Counted from the stretch's first letter, positions 1 through 11,336 are shown. The stretch is 64,000 nucleotides of DNA from Andalucia godoyi And28 (GCA_009859145.1 VRVR01000025.1:199491-263490); one strand, 5' to 3'. A program made the numbers and translations. The notes: a model not told the origin generated them from the sequence alone.

Positions 1-3000
1 CGCTTGCAGTATGCAAACCGTGCCAATGACCGAGACAGTTGACCGAATAATCCGGTATCCGCCGGGTCTGGTAGCACTGCATGATCCTTTGAGCATTGAA
101 GCATCTGCATCATCGACGTAAGCAGAGCACGACTCTTCTTGATGTTTGTCGAAGTGGCATGAAATTCAGGGTCCAACGATGGAATGTAAGAAATGTTTGA
201 TCCCTTCTTGGAGGTGGTGGCCTTCTCAGTCGCGGCCCCGCCAAGATGATCAGTATGCCATGGGGAATCCATATTCAGCAAATTGTCATGAGTTCGAAAT
301 ACAGACTCGTCAAATCCACCGTAGGACGTGAGTCCGTGGGTCAAAGCAGATTCTTGCAGACAAAAAACATCGTAAATTTCCGTGGAGAAATCAGTCGACA
401 AATATGCGTCCCCCTGACCAGAGCACACAACAAGAGCACTCAACGCCAGCAAGGGACCGTCGCCCAATCTATCGAAGGGAGCCTTAAGACGATTGAACGA
501 CAAGAACAAAACAGACACCAATCGGAAGATGTCCCTGCACATCTCTCTGGAGTCGTCAAACAGAAGGGAACCATTGGTCAATGTAGATTTCCAAGAAATC
601 GCAAGCTCAGCTTCAACTTTCGTGAGCACGAGTTTGAGAAAGCCCCTTCTTCGGGCATCGATAACAGTTGCTAAAAAAATGGCATTACCAACTTCTTTCA
701 AATACTGCATGACATCCTCCAAACCAGAATACTCACGAACGGACTTGAACACCAATTCATATGCCTCAAGCAGCACACTCGCACCGAATGACGGCTTTCC
801 GATCTTCAACCGATCGGGATATGCCTTCTTCAGAGTTTCAAGCACAATCAGAAAGTTATCGCGGGTGACAGAAACGATGTATGATTCAATGTACTCTGCT
901 AGTTTGGACTGGCCTCCGGGAGTCAAGACATCATACAACGAGTCCACAACAGAAGCATCCAACACGTCGCGATACGGATCGAACATCACGAAAAGGAGTG
1001 ACCACACAGGATCAGAAAGAGCCCACGATGGAACATCAAACTTTCGAGACTGCATACAATCAACTTGAGGAGCGACAACGGTCCATCGCAACAAACCATT
1101 CTTCAAAACATCTGATTCCCATCCCCGAACAATCCACTTCAACAGCCTCGTTGACGATTCTGAAACTTCTGAATACACAGAATCAAATGAATCAATACGG
1201 TTGTATAAGAAACGAGGAAGACAAGACAGAAGTTCCAAATACGAACATAAAACGAGAGGCGGGATGGTGCCACGTTCGCATCGGACGATAGTTCTGTCTA
1301 TCTCTTGACTCCATAAACCAAACAGCCTTTGCAGAACCCGATTGGTGACATTAACATGCCTGCCTAAAAGAGACAGCGACTGTGATTCCGAAGAGAGAAG
1401 CACATCCGTCCACAAAGTGGAGCCCAGTCGGACTGGAAGCATTGAGGTTTCTCTCAACAGATTTGCATTGGCAAATGAGAAAAACGCAGCTGACCGGACA
1501 TGGCGATACAATACCTCCGACAGAGAATACAGCAGCTGTTCGTGTACAAGGTTCGCTTCCACAGAGAGTTCGTCATACAAGTGTCTCTTTTTGAAGGCGT
1601 ACAAACTCTTCCGGGTCGCATCATTGTACACTTGCAGGGGTGAAAACAACATTGGAAAATGTCTTCCTGACTCGGATTCGACTACTTCACTCGCAATGAT
1701 CCAAGGAAGGGACATTTCAATTGGAAACGCAATCTCGTGCGCGAGTTCCAAATAAAACTCTCGAAACCACAGTTCCGACACATCTGTCACCATTCCTACA
1801 CAATCTGACCAGCGCGAAAGAAAGGGCCACGTACGAAGGACGGGTTCAATCATTTCGAGAGGGTTCAAATACTTCTTCTTCAGTCGCTTCTGATTTTTTG
1901 TGTTCCTCGGAGAAACAAACCAACTGGTCAAAATCTGAAGCAGATACAGTTGACTCTCTGAAGGTCGGACTTTTGCTGGGCGAATATCAACAATCTTTGC
2001 GGCGGGTTTGTTCTTCTTTGCAGGAATCCAATCATCTTTTCCATCCTCGCCATCCGGAAACAATCCCCCGACACTGCACCATTCCCGCACAACGTCGAAT
2101 TCTTCTTTCATCCGCTTCTGCAGTTTGCAAAGAACAATTGGAAGTTGACGAAAAGCTGTATCCTGGAGTTTCAGAAACAGCGAATCGGAACGCGGTCGCA
2201 CAGCTGAAAGAGCATCGCGCAGGTTCCGCAACAGGAATACGCATTCAACAAGATGAAATCTTTCCTCACGATCATAATTGAGGCGAACCACACGGTCATA
2301 TACAGGAACTGTACGCCCCTCGGGATTCGGAGCAGCTTGAGTGTATTTCCACGCAAGCTGTTCAAGAAGAGCGCATTTCACACTGCATGCGAATCGCAGT
2401 CCTTCCATTAATAACCCGTCATCACGTTCCTTAACTCCGACAGTGTCTTTGTCGTTGTACATCTTGAGAATGAAATGAGAAAAGCGATTTGAGAATTTCG
2501 GAATGGCTGAAGACAGAGCAAACACTTTTGCCATGTCTGCCCTTGGAACAATGCTCCATTCTGTTTCCGAGTATGACGTGCAGCGCGATACAATTGTCGA
2601 AACATTCAGCGTAATATCTCCCATGACAGGTACCACGGGGTATCGTCGAAAAATCTTCAACAGACTATCCACATCCAGAGCCTTTTTCAAAACAAAAGGA
2701 GCGTCTTTCGAGTCATCCTTCTTCTTTGCTATTGCACCGAACACAGCAGCGGGAACATCAAAGGGATTAGAATCAAGAATGCGCAATGCATACGCCATGA
2801 AGCGCACCATCGAATGCTTCTCGTCAGGCAGCACGAAGTCCTCCGCTTCCAAACGTTTAACGCAAAACTCGATCAGAGCAACCATGGTAGATTCGAAGCC
2901 GTTAATGGAACGAATCGATCCATGCAAATGACCAAGGATGCATCCTTTGGAACTGAGAAAGCCCGCCAGTCCGAAAAGGTCAACATCCGAGGGAATAGTT

Positions 3001-3530
3001 CTCTTTTCAGCAAGAGATGACACAGTCGGAATGCTTCGCTTCCATGAAGACAGGTCATTATTCAAGCACGCCTTCGCGTCCTTGACAGTGTCCAGCATCA
3101 ACACACCATCAATGATGTAGATTAGAGCGAGGTACAGATGGTCAGAAGTTACCGCCCCCGAACCAATATTCTTTGAAAAATGGTCAAACTGCAGAATGCA
3201 TGTGGACAGTGCGCTCTTTGCACAGTCCCAAACGTTGAAGAGGCGGCTCATCGTAGGAAGGAAGGCGTCAAAGGCAGCGGTATAGTATGCTCGTCGAGTA
3301 GACTCATCCCAATCTTGGCGAGATTGAGGAGTCGCACGAGATAGAGACCGGTAAGTGTACAAGAAGTTTAAGTGCTCTGATACGCCAGCCAGAGACATGG
3401 ACAAGCTGCTCACAGCATTGTACTCGCCAGCCAGCTTGGACTGCGAAAACGCAGAGTCCAATCGTGACAAAGGTAAAGTGACGAGCACAGGGAGAAGATC
3501 TGGAGGGGCAGAAGATACGAAGAGAGACAT
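1..3530 (-). CDS. CYFIP: CYFIP/Sra1/PIR121, WAVE regulatory complex subunit (3' end runs off the window)
   Basis: Absent from the ORF track, presumably because no stop lies inside the window. Manual translation from ATG 3530 gives MSLFVSSAPP...FLYTYRSLSRATPQ...MLDTVKDAKACLNNDLSSWKR...EKHSMVRFM...FRRYPVVPVMGD, matching CYFIP motifs LYTWRSCSRAIPQ, LDELKNMKCSVKND and VVPLFGD. The frame was spot-checked, not read end to end. Confidence 0.85.
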   Translation of the reverse strand, partial: MSLFVSSAPPDLLPVLVTLPLSRLDSAFSQSKLAGEYNAVSSLSMSLAGVSEHLNFLYTYRSLSRATPQSRQDWDESTRRAYYTAAFDAFLPTMSRLFNVWDCAKSALSTCILQFDHFSKNIGSGAVTSDHLYLALIYIIDGVLMLDTVKDAKACLNNDLSSWKRSIPTVSSLAEKRTIPSDVDLFGLAGFLSSKGCILGHLHGSIRSINGFESTMVALIEFCVKRLEAEDFVLPDEKHSMVRFMAYALRILDSNPFDVPAAVFGAIAKKKDDSKDAPFVLKKALDVDSLLKIFRRYPVVPVMGDITLNVSTIVSRCTSYSETEWSIVPRADMAKVFALSSAIPKFSNRFSHFILKMYNDKDTVGVKERDDGLLMEGLRFACSVKCALLEQLAWKYTQAAPNPEGRTVPVYDRVVRLNYDREERFHLVECVFLLRNLRDALSAVRPRSDSLFLKLQDTAFRQLPIVLCKLQKRMKEEFDVVREWCSVGGLFPDGEDGKDDWIPAKKNKPAAKIVDIRPAKVRPSESQLYLLQILTSWFVSPRNTKNQKRLKKKYLNPLEMIEPVLRTWPFLSRWSDCVGMVTDVSELWFREFYLELAHEIAFPIEMSLPWIIASEVVESESGRHFPMLFSPLQVYNDATRKSLYAFKKRHLYDELSVEANLVHEQLLYSLSEVLYRHVRSAAFFSFANANLLRETSMLPVRLGSTLWTDVLLSSESQSLSLLGRHVNVTNRVLQRLFGLWSQEIDRTIVRCERGTIPPLVLCSYLELLSCLPRFLYNRIDSFDSVYSEVSESSTRLLKWIVRGWESDVLKNGLLRWTVVAPQVDCMQSRKFDVPSWALSDPVWSLLFVMFDPYRDVLDASVVDSLYDVLTPGGQSKLAEYIESYIVSVTRDNFLIVLETLKKAYPDRLKIGKPSFGASVLLEAYELVFKSVREYSGLEDVMQYLKEVGNAIFLATVIDARRRGFLKLVLTKVEAELAISWKSTLTNGSLLFDDSREMCRDIFRLVSVLFLSFNRLKAPFDRLGDGPLLALSALVVCSGQGDAYLSTDFSTEIYDVFCLQESALTHGLTSYGGFDESVFRTHDNLLNMDSPWHTDHLGGAATEKATTSKKGSNISYIPSLDPEFHATSTNIKKSRALLTSMMQMLQCSKDHAVLPDPADTGLFGQLSRSLARFAYCK

Positions 3531-3995
3531 GGAAGCTTTTTTTTTGACTGCAAGGAGTTGCTCCAGAAAAAGAGTTCGGCCGTTGTTGTTGACCCAGCCA
3601 GGATGTTTGCGGAAAGAAAAGAAAAGAAAAAAGTGTTGCTGCCGAGCGCTGAACCCCTCCCCCCCTAGGTCTTGAGTTGTTTTGGGAAGGAAGGGGACGG
3701 GGGCCTGCTTGTCGTTGTGTCCTTTTTCTCACTCGTTTTTTTGCTTATCGTGCACGCGCTAATGTGCTGCAAGCCTCAACGCTTTTCCCTTGAAGCAACA
3801 ACACTCGATTCTTCCGGATTGATGCCCGAGTTTCGCGGACGTGGATGAGGGAGGGCTGGAGGACCTCATGTTGATTCAAGTGCTTCTTTTTGCGACCAAT
3901 CCAGAAGAAAAAGACAAAACGAATAGAATCAAGAAAACTTCCCGGTTTCCTTCTCCTCTTCTTCTTGTCGTTTCAGACTGAGCTGTTTTTCGTGG

Positions 3996-6900
3996 ATGGG
4001 GCCAAAGCCTGCGAAGTCCAGCAGCCACTCCAGTGCTGTTGCTAAAACAGCTTTTGCGTCATTTCTCGGCGCTGATGCAGCGGCAGATGCCGGCATGTTG
4101 GCAGAATTGCCTCCGGATGTGCAGCTGTCGCTGACTAAAATGACGAAAAAGGACTCTCAGACGCGGCAGGCTGGTATCAAGTATTTGAATGATTTGGAGC
4201 ACCTTCCAGATTCGCAAGTGCTTCTCTCTCAAGTAGCGTTGGCATACAGACGGTTTTTCGAAGACGCGGATGTGCGATGCATTGTGGCTGTGCACGATCT
4301 CCTGCTGAAGTGCGTTCGGCAATTCAAGGAAAGGTCGATTGGATTAGTGAGGCTCATTCTCAAGGAATGGATACTGTTGACGTTCGATTTCGATGCGGAG
4401 GTTTCTCGAAAATGTGCTGCGGTGTTTCAAGAATTATTTCCACCCGCAAAACGAGAATTGCTGTTTCAGAAGTTTGCAATAGATTGGGATTCCATTCCTT
4501 GCTCAGATCTTCGCGTCATTCCTGCTTCTTGGTTTGTCCATTCAATATCTTCAGATCCCGCAGCGATGACCAAGCTTATGGCGACGTTAAAGTCTCTCAA
4601 ACACGTTTCTTCGCCGGAGGTTTTGCGATTTCTGTTAACAATTTGCATCGAGACTGCGTCCAAGGAATCTGTATCAGCCCTGAACTCCATTTGCAGGGGT
4701 TTCGTGGATTCCTTTATTCTCAAATGCGAAACTTTGGATTCCCCACTCTGTGCCATGTATCTTGATGTTCCTGCACCAGATGTGGACGTTCTGCGTCGAT
4801 TATTTTCTTTTGGGTTCGACTCGTTGCATGTTTCCAAGCTGCTAATGGTGCTTCGTTCTCTTGGAAAGGACTGGGAACAGCGAGATTTTGAAAGCTATAT
4901 CAATTGCCCAACGCTTGGAGTCTTGTCGATACCAAAAGCTATTGGGGAGTTTGCTTCGTTTTCATTTCACGAATATCAACGGAATACCATAGCGAGCTTC
5001 ATTAAGCATCCTTCAAGAGGAGGCCGTCGGATCGCAGTGTCTGCTCTGTGCGAGCTGCCTGTGGACAGAATGTGGACTGAAATCGCAGACTCTATTATCG
5101 TGGAAATGAGTTCTGGTTTTTCGATTCCTGAAGAAATCAGTTTGTTGCGACATTTCCCGGAAAGCTCGCGGCTCCCAGATAAGTTGTCTGCATTTGCCAT
5201 TCTTGATGTATTAGATGAAAACAGCCTTTTACTCCAGTTGGACAGGATTGTTCTTGTTGCATCGGCTTCATCCGAAGCGCGTTCGGCGATTTGCCGGACG
5301 ATTCGGAATCGAAAGCTTATGTCACTTGGAGAACAGTTGCTGAGCCGATTGCCTGGCACTTTGGAATTGTTGGACCTTCATCTGTTCTTGGGGTCTGTCC
5401 CTTCAATGTACGTGGTCAATTTTGAGGACGCTTGTGACCGTGCCGCGCTGGTTGCGGATGATTTTTTCCGGCGATTGCAAGAGGATGAGAAGTATGTTCT
5501 TCTTGATCTGTTACCTGTTCTGCGATGCGTTCCGTTCTTTCATATTTTATCTCCAGGATCCAGAAGAATGCAGTTTATTTTGAAGCGTACTGAGCATTTC
5601 AAGCAAGCAGATGGTGCACTGCGTGGTTTTCACGTTTCTGATTTTTCAGTGGAAGAAATGGATATCCTCTATCCTGTCATTCTTTCGGAAGAGCATGATT
5701 CCTTGTTCGAGCTTGTGGATCCAAGCTGGATTACATTTGAAAAGACGAGCATGTCTGTTTCTCAGATTCGGTCCGCTCGACGCATTCTTATCGGGGAACA
5801 GCTTCAAGACTTTGATGCGTCGCTCCTGGTGTTTGCGGTGAGCAACTTGTCCAATCACGATGTTTTGCAGATTGGGGCCTCGGTTGTTCTTCAAAGGTTT
5901 TCAGCAGACTTGTTTTCAACAATATGTCGTCTGCTGGATGATTCTTTGGGTTTCTTTGAACGTGGATGTCTTCTGATGATTTTGGCAAATAACGTTTCGT
6001 CATACTCCCTCGACCAAAGTAGGACTCGAGTACTGCTTCGCGAACTCTCGACTTCCAAGGATTGTCTTGCTCATAAGCTGTTCTTTCTTCGCGTGATCTG
6101 CACCGAATTTCGGTTCGTGTTGTATGCCACTGAGAATTTGGATGCATCCATGGCTGCTGATCATTTTCTATCAACGACTGGATCACAGCTTTGCAATCAC
6201 TCGGATTGGTGGTTCTGTGTCAAAATCCTTCTTTCAGTTGCTCACCAATTTTCATTTCTTGGCCGAGTTCAGAAGCATTTATATGACGATCTCTTCCAGA
6301 GAAGCTTCAGCATCACTTCTGATTCACTATTGCTGATAAGGATGTTGGAGTATGCGGCGGTTTCGGCATGCTCAGTGGACGGCAAGAAACTGGTCGATAT
6401 GCTGTACCAATGTTCTGATCCGTGTGCTCGAATGGAAGTTTTCCGGCTCCATGCAGAGTTGTTCCGTCGAGGAGTTTCTGAGGTTTCTTTTATACTGGAA
6501 AGATGCCAAGCATTTTGTTTCTCCGGTGCACTGACAAAGTCTTCAAGGTCCTGGGCAAGTGAGCGTCTTCATGACGAGCAGTTTATTATGGATCTGCATG
6601 CAACATTGCTGTGTTGTTATCCTATATTTTCCGATTTCAGCCGTGTTGAAGAAGACGACGCTGTCGGAGACGTCATCAAGAAGTTGATTCGAACGCTATT
6701 TGCAGTTTTGTCTGAATTCGAGGTTCGCGAAGGAAGCTGGCTTTCTGAGTTTGCGGGTCCCTCGACGATTCCTTTCGCATTTTTGTACGAAATGCCATTT
6801 GAGCGCAATTCGGATGCTTTTATTTATTCTTTCTTGATGCTGTATATCATCAATTTGGCACAACCATTTCCCAGCACAGTTCGATTAGCGCTAACGGATA

Positions 6901-7427
6901 ACTTGGTGGAACGATTTTACATGTCGAAGCTGGACGTCATGTTCCGAACCTTCATCTCCCCTGCAGTGGTTGCCCATGAGATATCGCTTGTGCGAAAATC
7001 GGGAAAGCACAAAGTCATTGGTACTCACAGTGTCATGTCAACTTTTAAGCGCGATGAAATTTCTCTCGGCATTGAAGTTGTAATTCCACGGGAGTATCCC
7101 TTGAAGCCACTGCAGTTCAATTCAAGCTCCTCACTGGAAAAGACAGAAGAGTCTTTCAAACAGTACATGGCAAAGAAGGCCATTAGCATCCAAAAGTCCG
7201 ATGGCCACATTGCCGATATCCTCAATGCCTGGCAAGAAGACATCCAGAAAAAACTCGAGGGTGTTGAGGAATGCCCGATCTGCTACTCTGTGTTGCATAC
7301 AAGCTCGAAGCAATTACCAAAGGTTGATTGCCCGCAATGCCACCACAAATTCCATTCTGCATGTTTGAGGAAATGGTTCTCTTCAAGCGATCAAGCAACC
7401 TGCCCGCTGTGCCGACACCTTTTTTGA
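3996..7427 (+). CDS. LTN1: Listerin/Ltn1 ribosome quality control RING E3 ligase
   Basis: N-terminal LTKMTKKDSQTRQAG, long HEAT-like middle, RWD-like PREYPLKPL, C-terminal GVEECPICYSVLH...CPQCHHKFHSACLRKWF...CPLCR. Confidence 0.92.
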   Translation: MGPKPAKSSSHSSAVAKTAFASFLGADAAADAGMLAELPPDVQLSLTKMTKKDSQTRQAGIKYLNDLEHLPDSQVLLSQVALAYRRFFEDADVRCIVAVHDLLLKCVRQFKERSIGLVRLILKEWILLTFDFDAEVSRKCAAVFQELFPPAKRELLFQKFAIDWDSIPCSDLRVIPASWFVHSISSDPAAMTKLMATLKSLKHVSSPEVLRFLLTICIETASKESVSALNSICRGFVDSFILKCETLDSPLCAMYLDVPAPDVDVLRRLFSFGFDSLHVSKLLMVLRSLGKDWEQRDFESYINCPTLGVLSIPKAIGEFASFSFHEYQRNTIASFIKHPSRGGRRIAVSALCELPVDRMWTEIADSIIVEMSSGFSIPEEISLLRHFPESSRLPDKLSAFAILDVLDENSLLLQLDRIVLVASASSEARSAICRTIRNRKLMSLGEQLLSRLPGTLELLDLHLFLGSVPSMYVVNFEDACDRAALVADDFFRRLQEDEKYVLLDLLPVLRCVPFFHILSPGSRRMQFILKRTEHFKQADGALRGFHVSDFSVEEMDILYPVILSEEHDSLFELVDPSWITFEKTSMSVSQIRSARRILIGEQLQDFDASLLVFAVSNLSNHDVLQIGASVVLQRFSADLFSTICRLLDDSLGFFERGCLLMILANNVSSYSLDQSRTRVLLRELSTSKDCLAHKLFFLRVICTEFRFVLYATENLDASMAADHFLSTTGSQLCNHSDWWFCVKILLSVAHQFSFLGRVQKHLYDDLFQRSFSITSDSLLLIRMLEYAAVSACSVDGKKLVDMLYQCSDPCARMEVFRLHAELFRRGVSEVSFILERCQAFCFSGALTKSSRSWASERLHDEQFIMDLHATLLCCYPIFSDFSRVEEDDAVGDVIKKLIRTLFAVLSEFEVREGSWLSEFAGPSTIPFAFLYEMPFERNSDAFIYSFLMLYIINLAQPFPSTVRLALTDNLVERFYMSKLDVMFRTFISPAVVAHEISLVRKSGKHKVIGTHSVMSTFKRDEISLGIEVVIPREYPLKPLQFNSSSSLEKTEESFKQYMAKKAISIQKSDGHIADILNAWQEDIQKKLEGVEECPICYSVLHTSSKQLPKVDCPQCHHKFHSACLRKWFSSSDQATCPLCRHLF

Positions 7428-7451
7428 GGCGTGACAGCGTTGCATGGGACA

Positions 7452-8897
7452 TCAGATCTTCCGCCAGTTTGGAACGGCTCGCTTTTGCACAATTTGGATT
7501 CTTTCGCATCCTCTGCCACCAACGAACACTGGTGTGTCTTCTCCCTCTCTGATGGCCTTCTCGCGTTCTTTCAAAGCCGATGTCGGTCGCACGACTCTAT
7601 TGAAGTCCCGATCAATGTGTTTAACAGATTCCACAACCGACGCTTCATGAAGCATTCTTAGCCTTTTTTCTTTTTCTTGCTTCTCCATTTCTTCTCTGAC
7701 TTTTGCTTCCCTTCTTTTTCTTGCAATTTCGAGGTTTCTCTCGTGTACCGTTGCCAGCTCCTCCGCAGACATAAACTTTTTGCGAAGACGCAAGTCCATT
7801 TCTTTCTCCCTCTCTCGTGCTTCCTTTTCCATTTCCCTTTGTGTCTTGAATTCCAAAACTCTCATCTTGTCCTGAAGTCTTTTCTGGTTTTCCGCATCTT
7901 CCTTTTCCGCCTGCTTCTGCATCAGTATTTTTTTTTCGTTCTGTAGAGCTGAGTCTTTCTGGTGTTGTTCCTGCCTCCACGCCTCCAACCGCTCCTTAAC
8001 CTTCTTTGCTTCCTCTGTTTGCCCGGCCGACGAAGCTGCGCTGGGCACGTTGTCGATCTCCTGTTGGTGTTCTTCGCGACGTTTTTGCAGCTGTTTGTTT
8101 TTTTCTTGTCGCCAAACGCTGATAGCCCTTCTTCGGCATTCTTTAAGCCGAAGAAACTCCGAATAGAGAGCATCATGATGTCGAACATTTTCGGTTGATC
8201 CATTCGGAATTGCAGCGACAACGGCTTCAAATAAAGAGGACTTGCTTGACTTTTCATGCTGTTTGGACAGATGAAATAAGTACTTGGCATGGTCCCGCTC
8301 ATCCCAGCCTAAAGAAAGCCCGCCGTTTTCGAGAAGGAACCTGTCAAACTCTACCACTTCCGGTAATAGATTGGATTCATTAGACAAGGCAGAGACAGCA
8401 TGTCGGATTCTTGAAGTCGCGTGCATAGCATCATCTTCTGCATCCTCTTGTCGCAGTTCTTCATCAAAGTGTTCGATCGACTGAGTCGTATAGTGTATTT
8501 CTCGCATCAGCAGCCCTTCCTCTTCGTTCAAGGATTCCATTGTCACAGCTTCATTTTGACGAAACGAAAATATTTCATTCTCAATCGTTTCCATCAGATT
8601 TCTCAAGATGTCCAAGTACGATTTCCCAGAAACCTGAGACCGGTCCAAAACGATTCGCTTGAGTTTCTGGACATCATTTCTCAGTTGTAGCACAAACTGG
8701 ACCAGTGACTTTTCCTCTGCAGTGCGATCTGCGTTTTGAGCATCAACAATCGGTTTCAACTGGCTAAACACCGTATCTTCTGTCAGCATTCTGTGGCCCC
8801 TGGACGGGTTTGTGTAGCCTTCACACTCTCGTTCAAGAGCTGCGGAACGAGATTTCAGCTTGAAAAGCTCTTCTCTCCATGCTGATTTGTCTGTCAT
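7452..8897 (-). CDS. Coiled-coil protein, CCDC112-like
   Basis: Charged coiled-coil ORF with GGLSLGWDERDHAKY and terminal RAVPNWR, recalled from the CCDC112 family. First ATG is at 8897. Confidence 0.6.
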   Translation of the reverse strand: MTDKSAWREELFKLKSRSAALERECEGYTNPSRGHRMLTEDTVFSQLKPIVDAQNADRTAEEKSLVQFVLQLRNDVQKLKRIVLDRSQVSGKSYLDILRNLMETIENEIFSFRQNEAVTMESLNEEEGLLMREIHYTTQSIEHFDEELRQEDAEDDAMHATSRIRHAVSALSNESNLLPEVVEFDRFLLENGGLSLGWDERDHAKYLFHLSKQHEKSSKSSLFEAVVAAIPNGSTENVRHHDALYSEFLRLKECRRRAISVWRQEKNKQLQKRREEHQQEIDNVPSAASSAGQTEEAKKVKERLEAWRQEQHQKDSALQNEKKILMQKQAEKEDAENQKRLQDKMRVLEFKTQREMEKEAREREKEMDLRLRKKFMSAEELATVHERNLEIARKRREAKVREEMEKQEKEKRLRMLHEASVVESVKHIDRDFNRVVRPTSALKEREKAIREGEDTPVFVGGRGCERIQIVQKRAVPNWRKI

Positions 8898-9332
8898 TGT
8901 AGCCAAGAGTGGTCTTTTGTAGCCCTCCCCTTTGAGTCTGCGATGCTACGAATCTGCTGGACAGCGTGTCACTACAAACCACGAACTAGCAGTCGGCATT
9001 TTGCGCAAAATGGCAGAAACTCTTGTCTGCACACCGTGGCAACGGAATGGGACCTACTTGGTTGGGGCATTTCTTCAGAGAGACGTAGGATCAAGTCAGA
9101 GAATCAAGTCCCCTGTTTTTTCTTTCTTGGCTTTTTGGGAAATTTTTGCTCTGCTGCATATTGGCCAAGTTCAAAAAAGCTGAATAAGGGGAAAAAAGTC
9201 TGTTTCGTATTATTTGTATTTAATTTTGATTTTTTTTTTGCTTTGCGTGTGTGTTTTGCGATTTGTCTTCTTCTTGTCTTCTGCACTTTCTTGATTGTAA
9301 AGCTCTGTTGGCTGTGACAGTGTCTGACGACA

Positions 9333-10892
9333 ATGCTTGGTGCACAATTACAGAGCTTGATCATCTCAATCGCACACGATGATTTTGGAACCCCAATAGC
9401 CCAAATAATCAAAACATTGCTGCTTCGCGGCCCATCCACGATTTATCAATTGCAGAAGTTTTCAGTGGTTTCGTCTGCTGTTCTTCGCGAATCTCTTGTC
9501 ATCATGACTTGCCACTCTCTTGTTACTGTGATCGATTCCGAGTCCGTGCAGAAACGACCGGCTCCTTCCGTTTCGCACTCTTCCAATTCCTCGGTGTATG
9601 TTTACGACGTGAATGTGAAGGGATTTCTCTTCCGGATGCTGATTCCACGTGTTTTGGGCATCGTCAAGGAATCTATCGGCGAGGCAGGACTGGATGCGTA
9701 TTTGCATGTCTTGACCCATGGCTGGATTTCCATGCAGCAGCTCTGTGCACTGCACCCGGAAAAGGTTGTTACAGACTTGGTGAGGGAGCGATGGATCCAT
9801 CGTGTGAGCCCCATTCGACCAGGTGCCAGTGCCTTATCATCCCCTTCCACCACCTCTTCCACCACCACCACCTCCTCCTCTTCTTCTTCTTCGTTGCCCA
9901 ATGTTTCAACTGCAGCAGCGGCGAATTCACAGCCAATTCCCGCCCCCCCTTCCAAGAGGCGAAAAGTTGACCGTTATGCAGCAGCTCCTACAACCATGTC
10001 GAATTCAGTAACTGCTGGACCTCTTTCATCCAGTGCTTCCGTGTCCGTTCCGTTGGACAGCATTTCGTCAGTGTTATACTCGGTGAACTTTGAAGTAGCT
10101 TTCAAGAAGTTGTATGCCCCTGAAATCATTTCGCTTGTCACTCGAGAGTTTTCTCCCGAGGCGGCAAGGGTGATGTCTGCTCTGTTACGCCATGAACGCC
10201 CTCAGTCACTGGCTGACATCCTGTCAATCTTGGGAATTTCTCACATCAATACCACGGAGTCCGACAAGATTCTGACATTTCTGGAAGTGATGTCGAGATC
10301 TCGGACTGCTTTGGTCCTTCGTTCGGGAAATGCTTCAGACACGCTGTACACTCCGCACTGGAGCTGTATTATCGAAAGACTGCGTCATCATCATACATTT
10401 GCGCTCCTTCGAGAAGTCTTTGGCATTGTCGGCTCTCGAATTGTCGCCATGCTGATTTCTTCCTCTACGCATTCTTCAGGAAAAGGCCGGTTCTTAGAGC
10501 AAAAGACAATTGTCGATGCTTCCCTATCGCCGCCTCGGCTTGCAAAGTCTGTCATGGTGGACCTTGTGCAGGCCGGTATCCTGATCACTCAGGATATCCC
10601 AAAGTCCTCAGATCGCTCAGTACTGAAGTCCGTAACGCTCTTTTCGGTGTCCACCAGCGGAATGCAGACATTTGTACAAGATCGCGGGTTGTCCGCATGT
10701 TGCTGGCTGCGAAAACGACTTTCCGCAGATCGAGAGCGTGCCGGGGTGCTCCTGGAAGCTGTGAAGGGACGATGGGATCGTCTTGCTCCAAGAGAACGAG
10801 AGGAACTCGAGTACTACGTTTCCGCTGAGAATCGTCTGGAATCTGCGATGATTGGTGCAAGTCAGATCTTGGGACTGTTTTCTGTGTTGTAG
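9333..10892 (+). CDS. POLR3C: RNA polymerase III subunit RPC3/RPC82
   Basis: N-terminal winged helix (DDFGTPIAQIIKTLLLRG, LRESLVIM) and C-terminal QDIPKSSDRSVLKSVTLFSV, resembling QEIPKTPDHAPSRTFYLY. Confidence 0.8.
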   Translation: MLGAQLQSLIISIAHDDFGTPIAQIIKTLLLRGPSTIYQLQKFSVVSSAVLRESLVIMTCHSLVTVIDSESVQKRPAPSVSHSSNSSVYVYDVNVKGFLFRMLIPRVLGIVKESIGEAGLDAYLHVLTHGWISMQQLCALHPEKVVTDLVRERWIHRVSPIRPGASALSSPSTTSSTTTTSSSSSSSLPNVSTAAAANSQPIPAPPSKRRKVDRYAAAPTTMSNSVTAGPLSSSASVSVPLDSISSVLYSVNFEVAFKKLYAPEIISLVTREFSPEAARVMSALLRHERPQSLADILSILGISHINTTESDKILTFLEVMSRSRTALVLRSGNASDTLYTPHWSCIIERLRHHHTFALLREVFGIVGSRIVAMLISSSTHSSGKGRFLEQKTIVDASLSPPRLAKSVMVDLVQAGILITQDIPKSSDRSVLKSVTLFSVSTSGMQTFVQDRGLSACCWLRKRLSADRERAGVLLEAVKGRWDRLAPREREELEYYVSAENRLESAMIGASQILGLFSVL

Positions 10893-11269
10893 ATTTCCTC
10901 CCTCCCGTCCCCCCCCTAGTGTTCGAGGGCTCTTTACTCTTTCGGTGGTGACCCATTGGTCTGCCATGCTTGAAACGCTTGTGCTGCTGCGATCACTGTT
11001 TTTTTCTTCTTTCCGATGCACTCGTGCACTTCTCCCGTTTCTTTTTTTGTTCCGTTTCTTTTTTTACGCTGCACATATTATGCCATGCGTTTGTTCATCG
11101 AGATAGGAGAGGGTGTTCTGGACTGGTGATGTTTTGCTTCTTTCAGTTGGAACACCACTGCCTGTCGTCGCACTTGCACTTCCAGTGAATTTCCGGACAT
11201 ATTTTGTTTTCCTGTTTTCTTCTCATTCGATCAAAAACCATTGTTATTTTTCACATCGTGCCTGGTGGT

Positions 11270-11336
11270 GTAAACGTATATATTTCAACCATGCATATCG
11301 CTCGTTTCCTGTTTTCGCGACTGCCTTTTCCTTTAG
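11270..11336 (+). other. Candidate 5'-UTR intron of the TM-RING gene
   Basis: Possible donors GTAAAC (11270) or GTATAT (11276); pyrimidine tract ending CCTTTAG one base before ATG 11338. Confidence 0.45.

Noticed and set aside
146-3120. Series of short plus-strand ORFs
   Set aside because: They are antisense shadows of the minus-strand CYFIP frame and show no family motifs.
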